Origin: a bacterium | GTDB taxonomy: Bacteria; Cyanobacteriota; Vampirovibrionia; Gastranaerophilales; JBAXKC01 | Direction of reading: 5' to 3' | Assembly: GCA_037137535.1 (NCBI GenBank) | Contig: JBAXKC010000015.1 | Coordinates: 1 to 61,021 of the forward strand | Length of the DNA stretch: 61,021 nucleotides | Shown: piece by piece, positions 57,508 through 61,021 of the stretch | Layout: every line of letters begins with the position of its first letter | Position numbering within the stretch: the first letter of the stretch is position 1 | The notes under the pieces: generated by a model | Database searches by the model: none | Told to the model about the DNA's origin: nothing | The model's input: the letters and a program-made list of their open reading frames with translations, nothing else | Translations under genes and position numbers: made by a program

Positions 57508-58770
57508 ATGACAACCCCAATTTTAAACAGACAATTACCAATAAATAATATAGCTGCTAACCCTTTAGGTGAGCAGAAAGTACCTGTTGTTCCCACAAAT
57601 CAACAGGTTGTTCCTGTCCAATCTAAAACTGAACCTGTTAATAATCCAAAGTTGACAGGTCCGGTTAAAGATACTGTAATTTTAAATACAAAAACTGCAG
57701 CACAGCCTACTGTTATTAATACAGCTGTGGATTCAACTCAAAAAAATATAGATCCAGAGCAACTGTCTCTGCCTAAACCCGATGAGGTAAAGGCACAGGT
57801 GAAAAGGCCTATGAATGTTGGAGTTGTTAATCCTGGTGTTCCTTCAAGTTATGCGGAAGGTAAAAATACTGAACCTCAGATAGATCCTAAAATGCTGGCA
57901 CAGGCGGGTATTAATACTAATGACCCTCAACAGTTGGCGGCTTTAGGTCTTTCTCCCGAACAGATGAGAGAATTAGCAACTAATGTTCAGAAAAATGGAA
58001 AAGCAGGAATTAACTCAATAATACAAGCCGGAGGAGTTGCTTTAGTAGCTGTAACAGGTCTTGTTATGTCTTTTACTACAAAAGGTAAGGCTTTTGCTAA
58101 AAATCTATGGAATAAAATCCAGCAATCAGGCTTTATAGGCGATGTTGTAAATAATGTTAAATCTACTTGTAATGACTTAAAAACAAAAACATCTAATCTT
58201 TTTTCTGATGTTACAAAGTGGAATAGCCCTGTAACTGTTTGTTTAGAGGATAAACATCCTGGAATTGAGCATTTGAGCTTAACAAAATATTTTTCTGATT
58301 TGAATGATTTAATAAAAAAGACTCCATTAAGTTCCTCTCACTTTCGCCCTATCAATATAAGATTTATGAATAATCAATCTATGGCTAAAGATGAAATAGA
58401 AAATGCTATAAAGCACGTCTGGACAATTGGTGAACATTTTTCTGGTTTAGATGATATAACGCCAAGGTTTAAGATAACTATGGAAGGCTTTGGTGGTGGT
58501 CTTGAAAATTGGGCAAATTATTGTTTTCATAATTCTAAAAATGTAGATGATTTTATTGAGCAAATAAAACACATACCTTGTACGGACGGTAGTACTATGA
58601 GTTTGCTTGACCATATTCAAACAGTAGAATTATCTGCCGCCGAACCTAATTCATTGATGAGTGGTTTATTTAAGAATAGAAATAGAATTGGTGTTAATCT
58701 GGGACAACATATGCCTGTTAATGAAAGAGGCGGTTGGTTATCGGCTTTTGCTAACTGGTTTAGACTTTAA
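57508..58770 (+). CDS. Orphan protein with a long P/N/Q-rich leader, one TM helix and an unknown C-terminal domain
   Basis: ATG 57508 after AGAGG; KDTVIL motif; TM GGVALVAVTGLVMSF. Confidence 0.75.
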   Translation: MTTPILNRQLPINNIAANPLGEQKVPVVPTNQQVVPVQSKTEPVNNPKLTGPVKDTVILNTKTAAQPTVINTAVDSTQKNIDPEQLSLPKPDEVKAQVKRPMNVGVVNPGVPSSYAEGKNTEPQIDPKMLAQAGINTNDPQQLAALGLSPEQMRELATNVQKNGKAGINSIIQAGGVALVAVTGLVMSFTTKGKAFAKNLWNKIQQSGFIGDVVNNVKSTCNDLKTKTSNLFSDVTKWNSPVTVCLEDKHPGIEHLSLTKYFSDLNDLIKKTPLSSSHFRPINIRFMNNQSMAKDEIENAIKHVWTIGEHFSGLDDITPRFKITMEGFGGGLENWANYCFHNSKNVDDFIEQIKHIPCTDGSTMSLLDHIQTVELSAAEPNSLMSGLFKNRNRIGVNLGQHMPVNERGGWLSAFANWFRL

Positions 58771-58774
58771 AAAC

Positions 58775-58836
58775 AAAAAATAAATGCGACCGTAGGCCGC
58801 ATCAGTCAAGAAAGGAATGGTTAGACTATTAACAGG
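58775..58836 (-). ncRNA. Candidate small RNA of about 60 nt
   Basis: TTGCCA-N17-AATAAT promoter with TGn (58841-58869), CCAUUCCUUUC segment, AUGCGGCC-uac-GGUCGCAU hairpin plus U-tract. Confidence 0.5.
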
Positions 58837-58908
58837 TTTTATTATTACACATTACGCATGATGTGGCAAAATGTGTAGTATTTTGTAATATTTCTTAATA
58901 AGTAAAAC

Positions 58909-58934
58909 AAAAGCCCCTATTTCTAGGGGCTTTT
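58909..58934 (-). terminator. Terminator of deaD
   Basis: AAAAGCCCCTA-tttc-TAGGGGCTTTT. Confidence 0.8.
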
Positions 58935-58940
58935 GACTGT

Positions 58941-60659
58941 TTATTTTTTAAATGGTTTTTTGCCTGAATCGTTTGGTTTTCCTTTTCCTTTGCTTCTTGA
59001 AGGTTTATTTCTATCTACAAAGGTTTTTTCTCTTTTTTCAGAAGGAGTAAAGAAGGGTTTGTTTCTTTCAGGTGATTGAGGAGCGCCATCTTCTCTTTTT
59101 TCTGAGGCTCTAAACCCTCTGCCATCTCTTCTTGGTCTATCGTTTGAATCTTCTCTTCTGCTAAAGCTTCCTGATTCGTCTCTTCTAGGTCTGTCATTGG
59201 AATCTTCTCTTCTGCCGAAATTATTTCTTCTTCCGGAATTTTCGTTTCTTCCGAAACCGCCTCTGTTTCCAAAGCCACCTCTATTACCGAATCCGCCGCC
59301 TCTTGGTGAACCTTTTCTTTCTTCTCTTCCAGGTTCATCAAGGTTGACATGAGGATCAAAACTTTCGTTTTCTTTTTCCATTGCCATTTTTAGTAAAGAA
59401 GCAGCAATATCAAGAGCTGTGTATTCTTCACCCATTAAGAATTCAATTTGATTAACATATTTGCTTAGATGTCCTTTTTCTATACATTCCTGTATGTTGG
59501 TAGCAAAGGTGTTTAATCTTGTTGTTTCAAGTTCATCAATGGTTGGTAATTTTTGACGATTAATTTGAATACCGTTGTTTCTTTCAATTCTTTTTAAGTT
59601 GTATATTTGTTTTCCGACTATAAATGTAAACGCTATACCTGCTTTACCTGCACGGCCGGTTCTTCCTATTCTGTGGATGTAGTCTTCTTCATCACGAGGT
59701 AAATCATAGTTGAAAACTGCTTCTACGTTGTTTACATCAATACCTCTACCAGCTACGTCAGTAGCAACAAGTATTTCAACAGTTCCGTTTCTAAAACCGT
59801 TCATTACTCTGTCACGATGATTTTGGCTCATATCACCATGAAGAGCATCAGCAAAGTATCCACGAGTTTTTAAAACATCAACTAAATTATCAACCTGACT
59901 TTTTGTATTACAGAAAACAAGTGCAAGTTTAACATTATGAATATCTAATAAACGAGCAAGAGCTTCAGGTTTATTTTTTTCTTGAATTTCAAAATAAACT
60001 TGTTGAATATTAGGTTTGCTTAATTTTTTATGGGTAACGTTTACGATAACAGGATCATTTTGATATTTTTTAGTTAAAGACAAAATATCATCAGCCATTG
60101 TAGCTGAGAATAAAATGGTTTGTCTTTCTTCACTTGTATCTTTAATAATAAATTCCATGTCTTCTCTGAAGCCCATATCGAGCATTTCATCCGCTTCATC
60201 AAGAACAACAGTATGAACTGAGTTCATTCTTATAGAACCTCTTTTGATGTGGTCCATTGTTCTTCCCGGTGTTCCAATTATTATTTGAGTCCCTTTTCTA
60301 AGAGCGCTAAGCTGTCTATCGATAGGTTGACCGCCATAAACAGGAGTTACAAAAATATTTTCTTTGTATTTCAATAATTTACGAAATTCCTGTGAAACTT
60401 GAATTACAAGTTCTCTGGTAGGACATAATATTAAAGCCTGAAGGTTTTTGCTTGAGGTATCAATTTTTTCAATTACAGGAATAGCAAAAGCAGCTGTTTT
60501 ACCTGTACCTGTTTGAGCTTGACCAATTATATCTTTACCTGCAAGGATATGTGGTATAGCTTCGGACTGAATAGGAGATGCCTCTTCAAATCCCATATCC
60601 TTTACCGCATTAAGGATTTCTTCTGATAAGTTGAGTTCTTCAAATCTAAGTTTTGTCAT
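58941..60659 (-). CDS. deaD: DEAD-box RNA helicase (DeaD/CshA)
   Basis: AQTGTGKT, PTREL, DEAD, SAT, HRIGRTGRAG; R/G-rich repetitive tail. Confidence 0.95.
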   Translation of the reverse strand: MTKLRFEELNLSEEILNAVKDMGFEEASPIQSEAIPHILAGKDIIGQAQTGTGKTAAFAIPVIEKIDTSSKNLQALILCPTRELVIQVSQEFRKLLKYKENIFVTPVYGGQPIDRQLSALRKGTQIIIGTPGRTMDHIKRGSIRMNSVHTVVLDEADEMLDMGFREDMEFIIKDTSEERQTILFSATMADDILSLTKKYQNDPVIVNVTHKKLSKPNIQQVYFEIQEKNKPEALARLLDIHNVKLALVFCNTKSQVDNLVDVLKTRGYFADALHGDMSQNHRDRVMNGFRNGTVEILVATDVAGRGIDVNNVEAVFNYDLPRDEEDYIHRIGRTGRAGKAGIAFTFIVGKQIYNLKRIERNNGIQINRQKLPTIDELETTRLNTFATNIQECIEKGHLSKYVNQIEFLMGEEYTALDIAASLLKMAMEKENESFDPHVNLDEPGREERKGSPRGGGFGNRGGFGNRGGFGRNENSGRRNNFGRREDSNDRPRRDESGSFSRREDSNDRPRRDGRGFRASEKREDGAPQSPERNKPFFTPSEKREKTFVDRNKPSRSKGKGKPNDSGKKPFKK

Positions 60660-61021
60660 GTTTGCTTCTTTCTGATACTTTTAATGCCCTCACACAATCC
60701 TAGAATGTAAGAGAGCATGTGATTACATTAAAGGTTAAAAAATTCGCTTTACATAAGTATATTACAGATATAGAAAGAAAAATAACTAATTTTTAAAAAT
60801 CAGGTTACATAAGTTCAAGTTTTTAGTGAATTATTTGTTTTTTTTAATAATATCTGTTGAAATAAATCTTGTTTCAATAAAGTAAAACCCTTATATTTTT
60901 TTGCTATTAACAAATGTAAATATAATTCAGTTATTGTAATTAATCTTTGAATAACTGTATTCCCTTTTATTTAGGCTCTAGACTAGCGTGATTAACATGC
61001 TAGGATAAAATAATGAAGAAT

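Noticed and set aside
58818-58862. Plus-strand mini-ORF MVRLLTGFIITHYA after AAAGG
   Set aside because: The putative RBS abuts the ATG with essentially no spacer; the minus-strand promoter and terminator explain the region better.
59015-59359. 114-aa alternative-frame ORF in deaD, and the many antisense ORFs (e.g. 646-960, 5473-5781, 15674-16093, 16529-16954, 21949-22329, 49677-50030)
   Set aside because: They are shadows of well-supported genes, produced by repetitive or biased codon usage, with no independent motifs.

Overview
AT-rich (roughly 30% GC by eye) chromosomal window from a diderm, probably anaerobic, flagellated bacterium. It is most likely a non-photosynthetic cyanobacterial relative (Melainabacteria/Vampirovibrionia, Gastranaerophilales-like). 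This is inferred from the LPS GT9, FlgH/FlgI, HydF, the dnaN-recF-dciA block and the lineage-typical orphan families; no database search was run. Contents: GT9, recJ, a stand-alone NifB-like radical SAM, hydF-aspA, a flagellar rod/ring/hook-junction operon (slt-flgFGAHIJ-flgM-like-flgNKL), a degenerate flagellin-like/flaG/fliS/fliT operon with no fliD, an MshEN protein, asparaginase II, a dch/oah-like crotonase pair, nupC, trpS, dciA-recF-dnaN, a likely oriC with no adjacent dnaA, proBA, leuC and deaD. Main unexplained signals: (1) a conserved promoter-like motif, GCAATT-N14-(G/T)(T/A)(T/C)TTTATA, at about 10 sites, which I noticed only upstream of orphan genes; many orphans in the window, including several of these, have no signal peptide but carry disordered N-terminal leaders ending in an 'SFKG/FTG' motif, followed by swappable cargo domains (cytidine deaminase, membrane hairpins), and the motif also precedes a lysozyme and a translocator-like protein, suggesting a flagellar-T3SS-exported effector regulon; (2) four 'MGLAASQGR' axial-protein-like paralogs, two with sigma28 promoters, three of them with mutually complementary 5' and 3' UTRs; (3) an oriC with variant DnaA boxes next to a phased array of nine CATG sites about 21 bp apart; (4) an (AAAC)5 frameshift that detaches a leader from its gene. 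No tRNA, rRNA, CRISPR or IS element was recognised.
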